Assembly (NCBI GenBank): GCA_017513085.1
Contig: JAFWDK010000015.1
Location: forward strand, 32,001 to 96,000
Reading direction: 5' to 3'
DNA from: Clostridiales bacterium
Lineage (GTDB): Bacteria > Bacillota > Clostridia > Saccharofermentanales > Saccharofermentanaceae
Length of the DNA stretch: 64,000 nt
The position numbers and the translations under genes are program-made. Positions 1 through 9,305 of the stretch are shown piece by piece; the stretch's first letter is position 1, and each line of letters opens with the position of its first letter. The notes beneath the pieces are model-generated. The model did not search any database. It saw only the letters and a program-made list of their open reading frames with translations, and had not been told where the DNA came from.

Positions 1-45
1 GATTTCGGGATAACCGAGAGAATCGAGAGCAAAGGAGCCATTCTT

Positions 46-729
46 ATGATCATTACACCGAAGAATCCTAATGAGACTAACAGAGAATATGCTTTTCGTG
101 TGATCAGCGACAATATCATCAGTCTGGATATCGTACCCGGCAGCATGATCGGCGAACAAGAAGTCGCCTCTGAACTTGGACTCTCCCGTACTCCTGTACA
201 CGAAGCGCTTCTGGAGCTTTCGAAATCAAAGATCGTCGATATCCTGCCGCAGAAAGGCTGTCTCGTCTCCATGATCGATCCGGACCTTATCCGCGAAGCT
301 CGTTTTCTCCGTATTACTGTAGAAACAGCGCTTGTCGAAGACTCTTGCGAACTTGCCAAGGAGACAGATCTTCAGGATCTTGAAGAAAACCTTCAACTTC
401 AGGAATTTTACCTCCAGAAGGATCCTCTTAAGCTTCTGACTCTCGATAACGATTTCCATAAGATCATCTACCGCATCTGCAACAAGATGCAGTGCCACTA
501 TATGGTCAGCCTTATGAGCATGCATTTTGACCGTGTCCGTAGCCTGAGCCTCCATTCTGTCAAAGATCTCAAGATCGTCTCGGATCACCGTGCGATCTTT
601 GAGGCCATCAAGAAGAAGGACCCGGCTGCTGCCCGTGCTGCTTTCCAGAAGCATATGGCCCGTTTCGAGCTTGACTGGAATATCATCAGCAGCGAGTACA
701 AGCAGTACATCTCTGACAGCAACAAGTAA
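46..729 (+). CDS. GntR-family (FCD domain) transcriptional regulator
   Basis: N-terminal wHTH EQEVASELGLSRTPVHEAL; C-terminal FCD-like LDNDFH...DHRAIFEAI...KHM; SD AAGGAG upstream. Confidence 0.9.
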   Translation: MIITPKNPNETNREYAFRVISDNIISLDIVPGSMIGEQEVASELGLSRTPVHEALLELSKSKIVDILPQKGCLVSMIDPDLIREARFLRITVETALVEDSCELAKETDLQDLEENLQLQEFYLQKDPLKLLTLDNDFHKIIYRICNKMQCHYMVSLMSMHFDRVRSLSLHSVKDLKIVSDHRAIFEAIKKKDPAAARAAFQKHMARFELDWNIISSEYKQYISDSNK

Positions 730-736
730 ATCTGCC

Positions 737-1813
737 ATGAATACGACATCTTCGGATCTATGGACTTATCTGACGACCGCCCAAAAGCCGGTCGTTCTTT
801 ATGGTACGGGAAACGGTGCGGATAAGATCCTTGATCAGTTAATACTACGCAATATTCCCGTCTCAGGTGTCTTTGCGAGCTCCGGCTTTGTCAGGAACCG
901 TTTTTTCCGCGGTTTCCCGGTAGAGAGCTATGAAACCCTTCACGATCGTCTGGGTGACATGATCGTGCTGATCTGCTTCGGTACATCCCGAAGTGAAGTT
1001 CTGGAGAATATCGACCGCATCGCCCGGGAATGCGAAACGTATGCCCCGGATGTTCCGGTATACGGGCAAGTGCTTTTTGATCAGGCATATCATGGATCAC
1101 ATAAAAGGTCCTTCGAAAAGGTGCGCGATATGCTATCGGACGACATTTCACGGGCTACGTTCGATGCAACGATTCAATATAAGCTTTCCGGTGACTATAA
1201 GCTGCTTCGTCCCGTCGAACGGCCGCTTTCCGACGCCGCGGAGTTGTTTGCGATCCCGGATCCGTCCACTTTTCTTGATCTGGGTGCGTACAACGGGGAC
1301 ACAGTGCTTCTTTATACTTCCCTCTTTCCGCAGATACATAACATCATCGCGGTTGAACCGGACAGCAGAAATTTCAGAAAACTGCAGGAAAATACCAGGT
1401 CCTTTTTCGAGGATACGGTACAATACACGATTTCTTACCTGCGCGCCCTGGTGTCGGACCACGACGGGATCACTACGATCGACCGGAATAAGGGGCGCGG
1501 CGTCCATGAGACCTCGGGTTCCCATAATACCGAAGATCTTACAGCCGCCACGATCGTAACGATGTTACAAGGGCAGAAACCGGACCTTATCAAACTGGAT
1601 GTGGAAGGAAATGAGCTTTTGGCCCTTGAAGGAGGTCGTGATGTAATCGCCCGTTCCCGTCCGTCTCTCATCGTATCCTGTTACCATAAGAGCGAGGACC
1701 TTCTTACCCTCCCTCTTTTTCTCAAAGAACTGGTTCCGGAGTATAAAGTTTACATGCGTCACCATCCGCATCTTTTGTGCTGGGATACGGAGTATTATTT
1801 CACGATCGGATAA
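737..1813 (+). CDS. FkbM-family SAM-dependent methyltransferase
   Basis: FLDLGAYNGD, IAVEPD and IKLDVEGNE motifs; start moved to the ATG at 737, just after the GntR stop. Confidence 0.85.
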   Translation: MNTTSSDLWTYLTTAQKPVVLYGTGNGADKILDQLILRNIPVSGVFASSGFVRNRFFRGFPVESYETLHDRLGDMIVLICFGTSRSEVLENIDRIARECETYAPDVPVYGQVLFDQAYHGSHKRSFEKVRDMLSDDISRATFDATIQYKLSGDYKLLRPVERPLSDAAELFAIPDPSTFLDLGAYNGDTVLLYTSLFPQIHNIIAVEPDSRNFRKLQENTRSFFEDTVQYTISYLRALVSDHDGITTIDRNKGRGVHETSGSHNTEDLTAATIVTMLQGQKPDLIKLDVEGNELLALEGGRDVIARSRPSLIVSCYHKSEDLLTLPLFLKELVPEYKVYMRHHPHLLCWDTEYYFTIG

Positions 1814-1957
1814 CGTGCATCCGCCTATCGGACAGACTTCTCGTTTTTTCATACTATTCTGCAACTTCTTCTCTATTCAAATATCAAATACCCGTGATAG
1901 AATGGTAATGGTTGGAAAAGGTGTTGCCTTGGCTTCACTCAAAAAGGAGATACATAT

Positions 1958-3214
1958 ATGGCTAAGAATTGTCCCGGCTGCGGAGCTCCTATGGAGTATG
2001 ATCCCGGTTTTGATTCACTTGTCTGCCAGTCATGTGGAAATATCATCGATCCGAAATCGTTGCCGGATGCTGACGATTTCTATTTAAATTACGGTTCAGA
2101 GGAACCTGTCGACTTGAAAGACATGGTCGATGAAGATAGTTGGTCCGGTGAGATGTATGATTGTCATATATATACCTGTAGTCAGTGTGGCGGTGAAGTC
2201 ATCGTTTCCGGAACAGAAGTGTCGACCCGATGCATCTACTGCGGTTCCACCGCCGTGGTTTTTAACCGCATTGCCCGGGAACACCGCCCGGATTATATCG
2301 TTCCTTTCAAGATAACTAAAGAAGAGGCACTGGAAAATGTTCGGGAGAAGCTCCTCTCCGGTTTTTTTGTGCCACGCTTTTTCAAGAAGGCGGAACCTTC
2401 CGTTGTCCGCGGAATCTATATCCCCTACTTTCTTTACGAAGGATCGTATCAGGACACACAACGTTTTTTGGCTGGAGAGACGCCATATATTTACGATTGC
2501 GAATGTGAATTCGAGGATCTCCCGGTTGAAGCATGTAAGGCGCTTGCCGACAGGACAAGCGCTATGCTTGAGCCTTACTACCTCAACGAAAAAGTTGAAT
2601 TTGATACATCGTATCTGATGGGTTTCTACTCCAATGTACAGGATCTGGAACCTCGCGTCGCAGCAGGTGGTGCGAATATAAAAGCAAGAGCTTTCTTTGA
2701 CCGGGAAGTCATGAATCAGCTCCCGAAATCATATTTCCGCAAAATGAGGCGTGTAACATCCGTTCCGAAGTCGAAGCTTTCCCGTTCTTCCTATGCACTT
2801 CTTCCCGCCTGGTTCATCACCATTAATCGTGAGAACACACCCTATACTTTCCTGGTAAACGGACAGACCGGAAAAGTTGTCGGGACTGTTCCGTGGAACC
2901 GTTTTCTTATTGGCGCAATGATTGCTTTGTCCTTTATTGTGCTTACGCTTCTTTCTACTGTGATTTTTTTCAAATCCGGTCTGGTAGCTGACGTTTTCGG
3001 CTTAAACGAAGAATTCTCATATCGTGCGGGACATAAGCTTTCTTCTTCCGTCGACAGTGCTCAGATCTATGCTTCTATTGGTATTCTGGGAGGTGCGCTC
3101 GGTATCCTGAGTGTAGGATTTGCAAAATTCAAGAAAGTCCTGGACAACCTGAATCTGTCCCGTTCGATCGTTACATTTATCTTCTCCAAGAAGAGACAGG
3201 GGGATGCAAAATGA
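1958..3214 (+). CDS. Double zinc-ribbon membrane protein (TFIIB-type zinc-ribbon family)
   Basis: Four CxxC pairs (CPGC, CQSC, CSQC, CIYC), IVPFKIT, YIPYFLY, VNGQTGKVVG, two C-terminal TM segments; SD AAGGAG. Confidence 0.75.
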   Translation: MAKNCPGCGAPMEYDPGFDSLVCQSCGNIIDPKSLPDADDFYLNYGSEEPVDLKDMVDEDSWSGEMYDCHIYTCSQCGGEVIVSGTEVSTRCIYCGSTAVVFNRIAREHRPDYIVPFKITKEEALENVREKLLSGFFVPRFFKKAEPSVVRGIYIPYFLYEGSYQDTQRFLAGETPYIYDCECEFEDLPVEACKALADRTSAMLEPYYLNEKVEFDTSYLMGFYSNVQDLEPRVAAGGANIKARAFFDREVMNQLPKSYFRKMRRVTSVPKSKLSRSSYALLPAWFITINRENTPYTFLVNGQTGKVVGTVPWNRFLIGAMIALSFIVLTLLSTVIFFKSGLVADVFGLNEEFSYRAGHKLSSSVDSAQIYASIGILGGALGILSVGFAKFKKVLDNLNLSRSIVTFIFSKKRQGDAK

Positions 3215-3381
3215 TCATTATTATCATGCTTTTTATTGCCTCGATCATCGCCGCGCTGGGACTGAGTTTTCTCTTTGTCAGTGTCCTTCTGGAGCGCTCG
3301 AACAGTTATGGAAGCAATATAGAATCGACGCCTTCCATGAAAAGGTTTACCGTAAAAGATGTAAATCAGCAGAAGCTCTGA
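3211..3381 (+). CDS. Small 56-aa single-TM protein (absent from the ORF track)
   Basis: ATGA overlap with the upstream stop, SD AGGGGG, translation MIIIIMLFIASIIAALGLSFLFVSVLLERSNSYGSNIESTPSMKRFTVKDVNQQKL. Confidence 0.6.
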   Translation: MIIIIMLFIASIIAALGLSFLFVSVLLERSNSYGSNIESTPSMKRFTVKDVNQQKL

Positions 3382-3396
3382 TCATTGTGCCTTTCC

Positions 3397-4722
3397 CTAC
3401 AGGATCTTCCGTGCGCCATAAGGCCGGATACGTAGGATATGACAGGTTCCTTTTCCGAAAACGCCTTCCAGTGTGAAGACGTATTCCGTGATCTTTTCTT
3501 TTGGAACAAAGGCCTGTATCGTGCCTGCAAAACCTCCTCCATGGACCCGGCATGCGCCCTTTGTCCCTAAGATCCTGCGGCTTAGCATAAGAGCCAAAGG
3601 GATCTCCTGATCCTGTGGTCTCTCTGCACAGAAGAGATTCTGAAGAAGATCAGCAGAGGATTCTCCCGACTCATTGACCAATTCCAGAAATCTCTGAAAA
3701 TCTTCTTTGTCGAGCGCCTGCGCCTCTTGGCCGACACGATCATCGTCTGCGAAAAAATGTGCACTGCGTAAGATCGCCCGATCACTGATCTGCGGATCTT
3801 TTTTCAATTTGCTGATCCGTGCCCAAAACTCTTTCTCATCTACTTCCCGAAGATATTCTTTGTCAAAGAATCGGGCCACGCTCCGCATCTCATGCGGAAT
3901 GGCCGAATACTCGTTGGAAAGACCGGCATGGCTGCCTTGGGTGTCCGTTATGACAAGTGAAAAACCGAGCTTATCCAGATCACATTGATGAGTATCTATC
4001 TTTGGCATAGCGGGATCTTTAAAGTCGATTTCCACAAATCCTCCGACTGACGAAACCATCTGGTCCATCAATCCGCACGCTTTGCCGAAATACTCATTTT
4101 CCGCGATCTGTCCATACTTTGCGACCTCGATCGCTCCTGCCTTTTCTTCATTATCGGTGCTGTCGATGATCTTCCCGATCAGCATTTCGAAAGCCGCCGA
4201 AGAGGAAAGACCACTGCCGGGAAGTACGGTCGAAGTAACGTATGCATCAAATCCTCTGACGCATACGCCTCTTTTAATAAATTGCGCTACCATGCCCCGA
4301 ACCAGGGAAGCTGTTGTTTCTTTTTCTTCGCTATGCGGCAAATAGTCTGTCACATCCACTTCCAAAAGCGGATATCCTTCAGACAGGATACGGATCCGAT
4401 TACTTCCGTTTGGCGATACTACTGCAATGGCATCCAGATCCACAGCAGCCGCCAGGACTCTGCCCCGCTGGTGATCTGTGTGATTTCCGCAGATCTCCGT
4501 CCGTCCCGGAGCCGAGAAGATAGAGATATCCCGCATATCCTCAACCGCAGTATCCGACACAAGTTCTTTTGGATCAGGAAATGCAACCGTGAATGCCTCT
4601 ACAGCATGTGCATATCTTTCTTTCTGCGCTTCGACTTTTTCCGGAAGATTTCCGTAAAGCTCGGAAAACAATTCATTTATCTCATCTGATCGAATCTTAG
4701 TGAGAACTTCTTGGATCGTCAT
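3397..4722 (-). CDS. galK: Galactokinase (GHMP family)
   Basis: APGRTEICGNHTDH, LPGSGLSSSAA, CGLMDQ and RVHGGGFAG motifs. Confidence 0.9.
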   Translation of the reverse strand: MTIQEVLTKIRSDEINELFSELYGNLPEKVEAQKERYAHAVEAFTVAFPDPKELVSDTAVEDMRDISIFSAPGRTEICGNHTDHQRGRVLAAAVDLDAIAVVSPNGSNRIRILSEGYPLLEVDVTDYLPHSEEKETTASLVRGMVAQFIKRGVCVRGFDAYVTSTVLPGSGLSSSAAFEMLIGKIIDSTDNEEKAGAIEVAKYGQIAENEYFGKACGLMDQMVSSVGGFVEIDFKDPAMPKIDTHQCDLDKLGFSLVITDTQGSHAGLSNEYSAIPHEMRSVARFFDKEYLREVDEKEFWARISKLKKDPQISDRAILRSAHFFADDDRVGQEAQALDKEDFQRFLELVNESGESSADLLQNLFCAERPQDQEIPLALMLSRRILGTKGACRVHGGGFAGTIQAFVPKEKITEYVFTLEGVFGKGTCHILRIRPYGARKIL

Positions 4723-4744
4723 GGGTCTCTCCTTCTTCTGGATC

Positions 4745-5485
4745 TTATCTTGAGTACACGCCGGTTAGAACTTCATTCGCAAAAGAATCCGCAAGAGGAA
4801 GTCCTTCTGTGGAAAGTGCGATCTCCGCTTCTTTCTTGTTGTCGTAGGGAACCGACAGGATCGTAAAAGAGATCGGACTGATCTCTTGCGAATCCAGATC
4901 TCCCTCCACCAGAAGAGCATGGGCACGCGGCACGCCGATGCTGTTTCCGATACTTCCCGTGTTAACGGCATATCCGTCATGGAGAGAACGCACATACGGA
5001 CGATGGCTGTCTGCGCAGATGTAACTGTCGTACTTCATTTGCTTGTCACTTCGATAGAAACCTTGTTTCATAGTTTCGTCAGGATCATATCCCTGATAGA
5101 GCTGATCGACCGGTCGCCCGTGAAAAAGCCGGATACGTAAACCACTGATCAGGATCTCTGCTTCAAGAGGAAGAGAGTGTAACCAATTGAGTCTTTCTTC
5201 GCCAAGCTGGTCTGCGAAAAACAGATTATCTTTCGCATATGGATTCTGGTCCGGGTTATTTCTATCTTTATGGCAATCATAGATCCACTCATCCCAGTTT
5301 CCTTTCAAAAAATGATCACAATGTTCCCGCACCCAATCACAGGTTTCCACGTTGGAAGGTCCTTTTCCCACGGCATCACCTAAAAACCAGATCTGATCCG
5401 GTCCGATCTTCTTCAGACAGGCCTCCATCGCCTGTGTGGCAGTATAGTTACCATGCAGGTCTCCCAAGAAAACGATGCGACTCAT
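4745..5485 (-). CDS. Calcineurin-like metallophosphoesterase
   Basis: DLHGN, GDAVGKGP, GNWD, FHG, DSH and NTGSIG motifs. Confidence 0.85.
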   Translation of the reverse strand: MSRIVFLGDLHGNYTATQAMEACLKKIGPDQIWFLGDAVGKGPSNVETCDWVREHCDHFLKGNWDEWIYDCHKDRNNPDQNPYAKDNLFFADQLGEERLNWLHSLPLEAEILISGLRIRLFHGRPVDQLYQGYDPDETMKQGFYRSDKQMKYDSYICADSHRPYVRSLHDGYAVNTGSIGNSIGVPRAHALLVEGDLDSQEISPISFTILSVPYDNKKEAEIALSTEGLPLADSFANEVLTGVYSR

Positions 5486-5541
5486 ACATGTTCCTCCATT
5501 TCGGGAATTGTGTTCTTTTCCGCTGTGATAAAAACCACATT

Positions 5542-5590
5542 AAAAAAGCAGACGGGAGCGTGCCTCTTCTGAAGCACACTCACCCTCTAC
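5542..5590 (-). terminator. Intrinsic terminator
   Basis: Minus-strand stem GTAGAGGGTGAGTGTGCTTC/GAGGCACGCTCCCGTCTGC followed by T6. Confidence 0.7.
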
Positions 5591-5990
5591 TCATGATAAT
5601 ACAAAGTTCTTTTTCAGGCAAAACGGCTGCGCCCGGCGATCGGTCATCCGTTGATCGTATTGTGACGCATTATCAGTATAAAATCGAAGGCCAGAATAAG
5701 AAGAAGCGCAAGGTATCTTGCTGGTGGATATCATCATCACCGCATAGTGAACAGCCGCACCATCCACGATGTGCTGCAGGATCCCAAGAAACCTGTATTT
5801 CTTCAAGTCATAAAAGAAAAGTACAAACTGTACTTGTTCTCTTTGTCCTTTCGAAAGAGAAGAAATCTTCTGCTTAGCATCAAAATGCAAAGTCTTAAGA
5901 AACGAAAGTGCTTTTGCCTTATCAAAATCCGGGAAGAATCTCTCCATGTAGGAAACCGAAGCTTGTATCGTCGAAATCTTCCAATTTGAT
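5591..5990 (-). pseudogene. Collapsed ABC-2 ATPase/permease remnant
   Basis: FFPDFDKAKA...QKISSLSKGQREQVQ is an ABC signature region with no Walker A or B; it runs into permease-like LFFYDLKK and a hydrophobic tail. Confidence 0.6.
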
Positions 5991-6357
5991 TTGCCGGACA
6001 GTCAGTATATTTACGATGATTCTCCATTTCCACTGACGCGAAGTCAGTGGAAATTGGCATAACACCAAAAAACACTGATTCGGAGTAGCGGCTGTCAGTG
6101 CTTTTCGCGAAATCATAGAAAAAAACTGACAGGTAATCAGTGGAAATTACAAAAATCATGAAATACACTGACAAGTGGTCAGTATAAAAATCGAAAACAA
6201 AGAAAAACACTGATTCAATTGCCGGACAGTCAGTATATTTACGATGATTCTCCATTTCCACTGACGCGAAGTCAGTGGAAATTGGCATAACACCCAAAAA
6301 CACTGATTCGAAATCGCGGCTGTCAGTGCTTTTCGCGGAATCATAGAAAAACACTGA
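5991..6357. repeat. Array of eight 35-bp inverted-arm sites TCAGT-N25-ACTGA, including a ~140-bp direct duplication
   Basis: TCAGT at 6002, 6044, 6095, 6137, 6179, 6230, 6272 and 6323, each with ACTGA starting exactly 30 nt later; 5991-6129 is duplicated at 6219-6357. Confidence 0.9.
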
Positions 6358-6423
6358 AATGCCGGTTTCATCATGACCTCCGGGGGTATATCAAAGAGGG
6401 ACTGGATCGTTCTCAATCCCATG

Positions 6424-6463
6424 AAAAAAGGGACCATCTCGTAGTTTTTGAGATAGTCCCTTC
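6424..6463 (-). terminator. Intrinsic terminator of the DUF4428 gene
   Basis: AAGGGACTATCTC-loop-GAGATGGTCCC followed by T6 on the minus strand. Confidence 0.75.
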
Positions 6464-6494
6464 TGAATTGCTTATCCAATTCGTAAAACAGGAA

Positions 6495-7706
6495 TTATAC
6501 GAGACGTGTTCCGCAGAATCCGCAGCATCCGTCAGGTCCGATCGCTGTTGTTGCCTGACATGCCGGGCAAGTTACCTGCTGGCCGACTGCTGCGCCCATA
6601 CCTTGCTGCGCAAACTGTTGCGGCTGACCGAACTGCTGCTGCGGCATACCCTGCTGAGCAAACTGCTGTGGCTGACCGAACTGCTGCTGCGGCATACCCT
6701 GCTGAGCAAACTGTTGCGGCTGACCATACTGTTGCTGTGGCATTCCATAGCCTTGCTGCATCGGCATTCCCTGCTGCATCGGCATACCCGGCTGAGCGAA
6801 CTGCTGCGGCTGGCCAAACTGTTGCGGCTGACCAAACTGCTGCTGCGGCATTCCGTAGCCCTGCTGCATCGGCATACCGGCCATAGCTCCCACCATGCCA
6901 ATACCCATACCGGCGGCGCCAAGACCATTCTGCTGAGCCGCTGCCATTGCCTGCTGCTGAGCCTGCTGCAATGCCATAGCCACGCTATTGGGATCATTAG
7001 GGTTAAACGGCATATTGCCGGCAGGAGCCGGAGCCGCACCACGCATCATGTCGATCGCGGCCTTGATCTCGTTACCCATATTCATGCACTCGTAGTACTT
7101 ATCGATGTTGTTATTATGCAGGCCGATACCGGAGTGGGATACGGTCCATCCGCCGTTTCCGCCCATCACGCCCATCGGCTGCTCACCGGTCTTGATGTAA
7201 CCATTCGACAGAGAGAATGTCATCTCGTCAAAATACTGGTGGCTGACACGGATCGTGCAGTGGAAATCGTAGGAATATTCATAACGCGGAGGATTGTAGC
7301 TTACGGACTTTCCTGTGCTGTCCGTACGACGGATCTCGTTTCTGCTCTCCTTTACGTCCAGGTCGCATCCCAAAGCCTGGGAATAATCCAGAACGTCCGG
7401 ATTGGCAGCATGGATATCGCTTGCACTGGTTACCATGAATTTTCTGGCATTCTCATCGATGATAAGTTTTGTATTGCGGCCGATCGTCTTGGTAGCGTTA
7501 AAAGCAGCGACCGCTGACTTGTTTTGCTCACGATACTGAAGCTGTGCATCAATATCTGCCTTCGTGCTGTGACGGCGCTCGCTAAACCAAGGAGAAAGCT
7601 TCGATGCGCACTCTTTACACATGTTCGCATCCTCAAGTTTTTTGTTGCCCAAAAGTCCGATCTTGTTTCCGCAAAAATCGCAGAATTTCTTATCAAAAAG
7701 TCCCAT
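6495..7706 (-). CDS. DUF4428-like zinc-finger protein with Q/G/P/M-rich repeats and a C-terminal zinc ribbon
   Basis: MGLFDKKFCDFCGNKIGLLGNKKLEDANMCKEC N-terminus; C-terminal CPAC...CGFCG; SD GGGAGG before the ATG at 7706. Confidence 0.75.
   Translation of the reverse strand: MGLFDKKFCDFCGNKIGLLGNKKLEDANMCKECASKLSPWFSERRHSTKADIDAQLQYREQNKSAVAAFNATKTIGRNTKLIIDENARKFMVTSASDIHAANPDVLDYSQALGCDLDVKESRNEIRRTDSTGKSVSYNPPRYEYSYDFHCTIRVSHQYFDEMTFSLSNGYIKTGEQPMGVMGGNGGWTVSHSGIGLHNNNIDKYYECMNMGNEIKAAIDMMRGAAPAPAGNMPFNPNDPNSVAMALQQAQQQAMAAAQQNGLGAAGMGIGMVGAMAGMPMQQGYGMPQQQFGQPQQFGQPQQFAQPGMPMQQGMPMQQGYGMPQQQYGQPQQFAQQGMPQQQFGQPQQFAQQGMPQQQFGQPQQFAQQGMGAAVGQQVTCPACQATTAIGPDGCCGFCGTRLV
6597..6890 (-). repeat. 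Coding tandem repeats (QQFGQPQQFAQQGMP, about 45-bp unit)
   Basis: Repeated peptide visible in the translation and in the DNA. Confidence 0.85.
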
Positions 7707-7772
7707 ACAAAACCTCCCAAACAAAAATTTATATCAACAATACTTTACCATTTTTACGCTCTGTCTTCAAGG

Positions 7773-7850
7773 AAAAAGAGCGCCGCGGAAGTGCTTTTGC
7801 ATGCGTCTAATTCCGCTTTGCGAGCACTTGTGCCACGGCGTATTTTTCTT
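7773..7850 (-). terminator. Long imperfect hairpin, probable terminator after DUF2130
   Basis: CGCCGCGG-AAGTGCT...AGCACTT-GTG-CCACGGCG arms; CTCTTTTT follows on the minus strand. Confidence 0.6.
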
Positions 7851-7875
7851 GTCTTGGTTGAGACTTTGGAAGAAA

Positions 7876-9213
7876 CTACTCTTGCTTTGCATCCTTCAGG
7901 GCGTCAAGCTTCGCCTGCATGGTGGGATTGCCCTTCGTCAGTTTCTTGATCGTGACATCGTCCACCTTCTTGTTAGCCAGATATAACTGCTTGTCCGAAC
8001 CGGTAAGTTCTTTCTTGACCTTCTGCAGATGGTCGATCGTCTTGTCGATCTCCTCGATTGCCTTATCAAAGTGGGCATGTGCCAGATCGTAGTTTCGGCT
8101 GAAGTCGTTTTTGAATTGCATGAGCGAATCTTCGAAGTTCGTGATATCGATGTTCTGGTTTCTCGCCACCGCCAGCTCCTGCTTGTAGGTCAGTGCATTG
8201 AGGGCGGCATTACGAAGGATCGTGATGATCGGGATAAAGCACTGCGGTCGGACGACATACATTTTTTCGTACTTATAGGAAACATCCACGATTCCGCTGT
8301 TATAAAGCTCGTTGTCGCTCTCGAGAAGTGATACCAGCACGGCGTACTCACAGTCCTTCTCCCGTCTGTCCTTGTCCAGTTCTTTGAAAAAGTCCTCGTT
8401 CTTATGCTTGGTAGCCGTCGTATCCATCTCGTTTTTCATCTCAAACATGATCGAGATGATCTCGACACCGTTCTCGTCATTCTCGCGGTAAATGAAATCG
8501 CCCTTGCTTCCGGTCTTGGCATCGTTGTCTTTCTCGAAATATGCATTCCGGAACGCCGTCGCGCGCAGCTGGTTGAACTGGATCTCGCAGTGCTGCTCGA
8601 GGGATTCACCCACCATCTTTGTGGACATTTTTGTCTTCATCTCTTTATAGAAAGCGATCTCCTCATCCTTCTGCGTAAGAAGCGCCTTGCCAAGTTCTTT
8701 TTCCTTCGCAAGAGCATTCTCCAGATCACGCTTCTCCTGCGCGGTCGTGTTCTCGAGTTCATGCTTTTCTTTGGCAAACTTGATCTCCAGGTCGCTCTTT
8801 TCGAGAGTCAGCTTTTTCTCGATCTCGCTTTTTTCCAGCGTGAGTTTCTTCTCGAGTGCGCTCTTTTCTTCCTCGACCTTTTTCACTGCTTCGAGTACTT
8901 CGATACGCGTTCTGTCTTCGCTTGCATCGATCCGGCTCTGCAGATCTTTTGCCTTATCTTCGGCCGCACGAAGCTGATCCTTCAAGTCCTGTATCTCCTT
9001 CTCGTGGGCATCTTTGACAGACAGACGGATCTCATTCTCCTTTGATTCCATCTCCAGCTCGTGCTTCTCGGTCAGATGCTTCTGCAGATCATTGACTCTC
9101 TCAGTAAGGTCCTTCTCAAACTCCTTGTCCCGGATCTGCTGCACGATCGAACTTAATTCCGTATCATCTACTGTAAATGCTTGTCCACAATGCGGGCACT
9201 TCAACTCTGCCAT
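7876..9213 (-). CDS. DUF2130 coiled-coil protein
   Basis: CPHCG N-terminus, long coiled coil, KMVGESLEQHC, KGDFIYR, IMFEMKNE. Confidence 0.85.
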   Translation of the reverse strand: MAELKCPHCGQAFTVDDTELSSIVQQIRDKEFEKDLTERVNDLQKHLTEKHELEMESKENEIRLSVKDAHEKEIQDLKDQLRAAEDKAKDLQSRIDASEDRTRIEVLEAVKKVEEEKSALEKKLTLEKSEIEKKLTLEKSDLEIKFAKEKHELENTTAQEKRDLENALAKEKELGKALLTQKDEEIAFYKEMKTKMSTKMVGESLEQHCEIQFNQLRATAFRNAYFEKDNDAKTGSKGDFIYRENDENGVEIISIMFEMKNEMDTTATKHKNEDFFKELDKDRREKDCEYAVLVSLLESDNELYNSGIVDVSYKYEKMYVVRPQCFIPIITILRNAALNALTYKQELAVARNQNIDITNFEDSLMQFKNDFSRNYDLAHAHFDKAIEEIDKTIDHLQKVKKELTGSDKQLYLANKKVDDVTIKKLTKGNPTMQAKLDALKDAKQE

Positions 9214-9305
9214 AAACGGTTCCTCCTTATGAAATAGTATCGGGTCTGATCTTGAGCTGAGTATACAAGATCCCCTCCGGAAAGAGGTCTCCCGCCGGGA
9301 GACGT

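Noticed and set aside
6002-6357. CRISPR or TIGR-type guide array (CTGA resembles box D)
   Set aside because: The conserved part is only 5-7 nt, interiors are related to each other and partly self-complementary, and no cas or Nop-domain gene is present; kept as an unexplained array instead
5803-6479. ORFs 5803-6354 and 6156-6479 as real proteins
   Set aside because: They read through the repeat array, whose units are multiples of 3; the longer start crosses a terminator; neither has a recognisable domain
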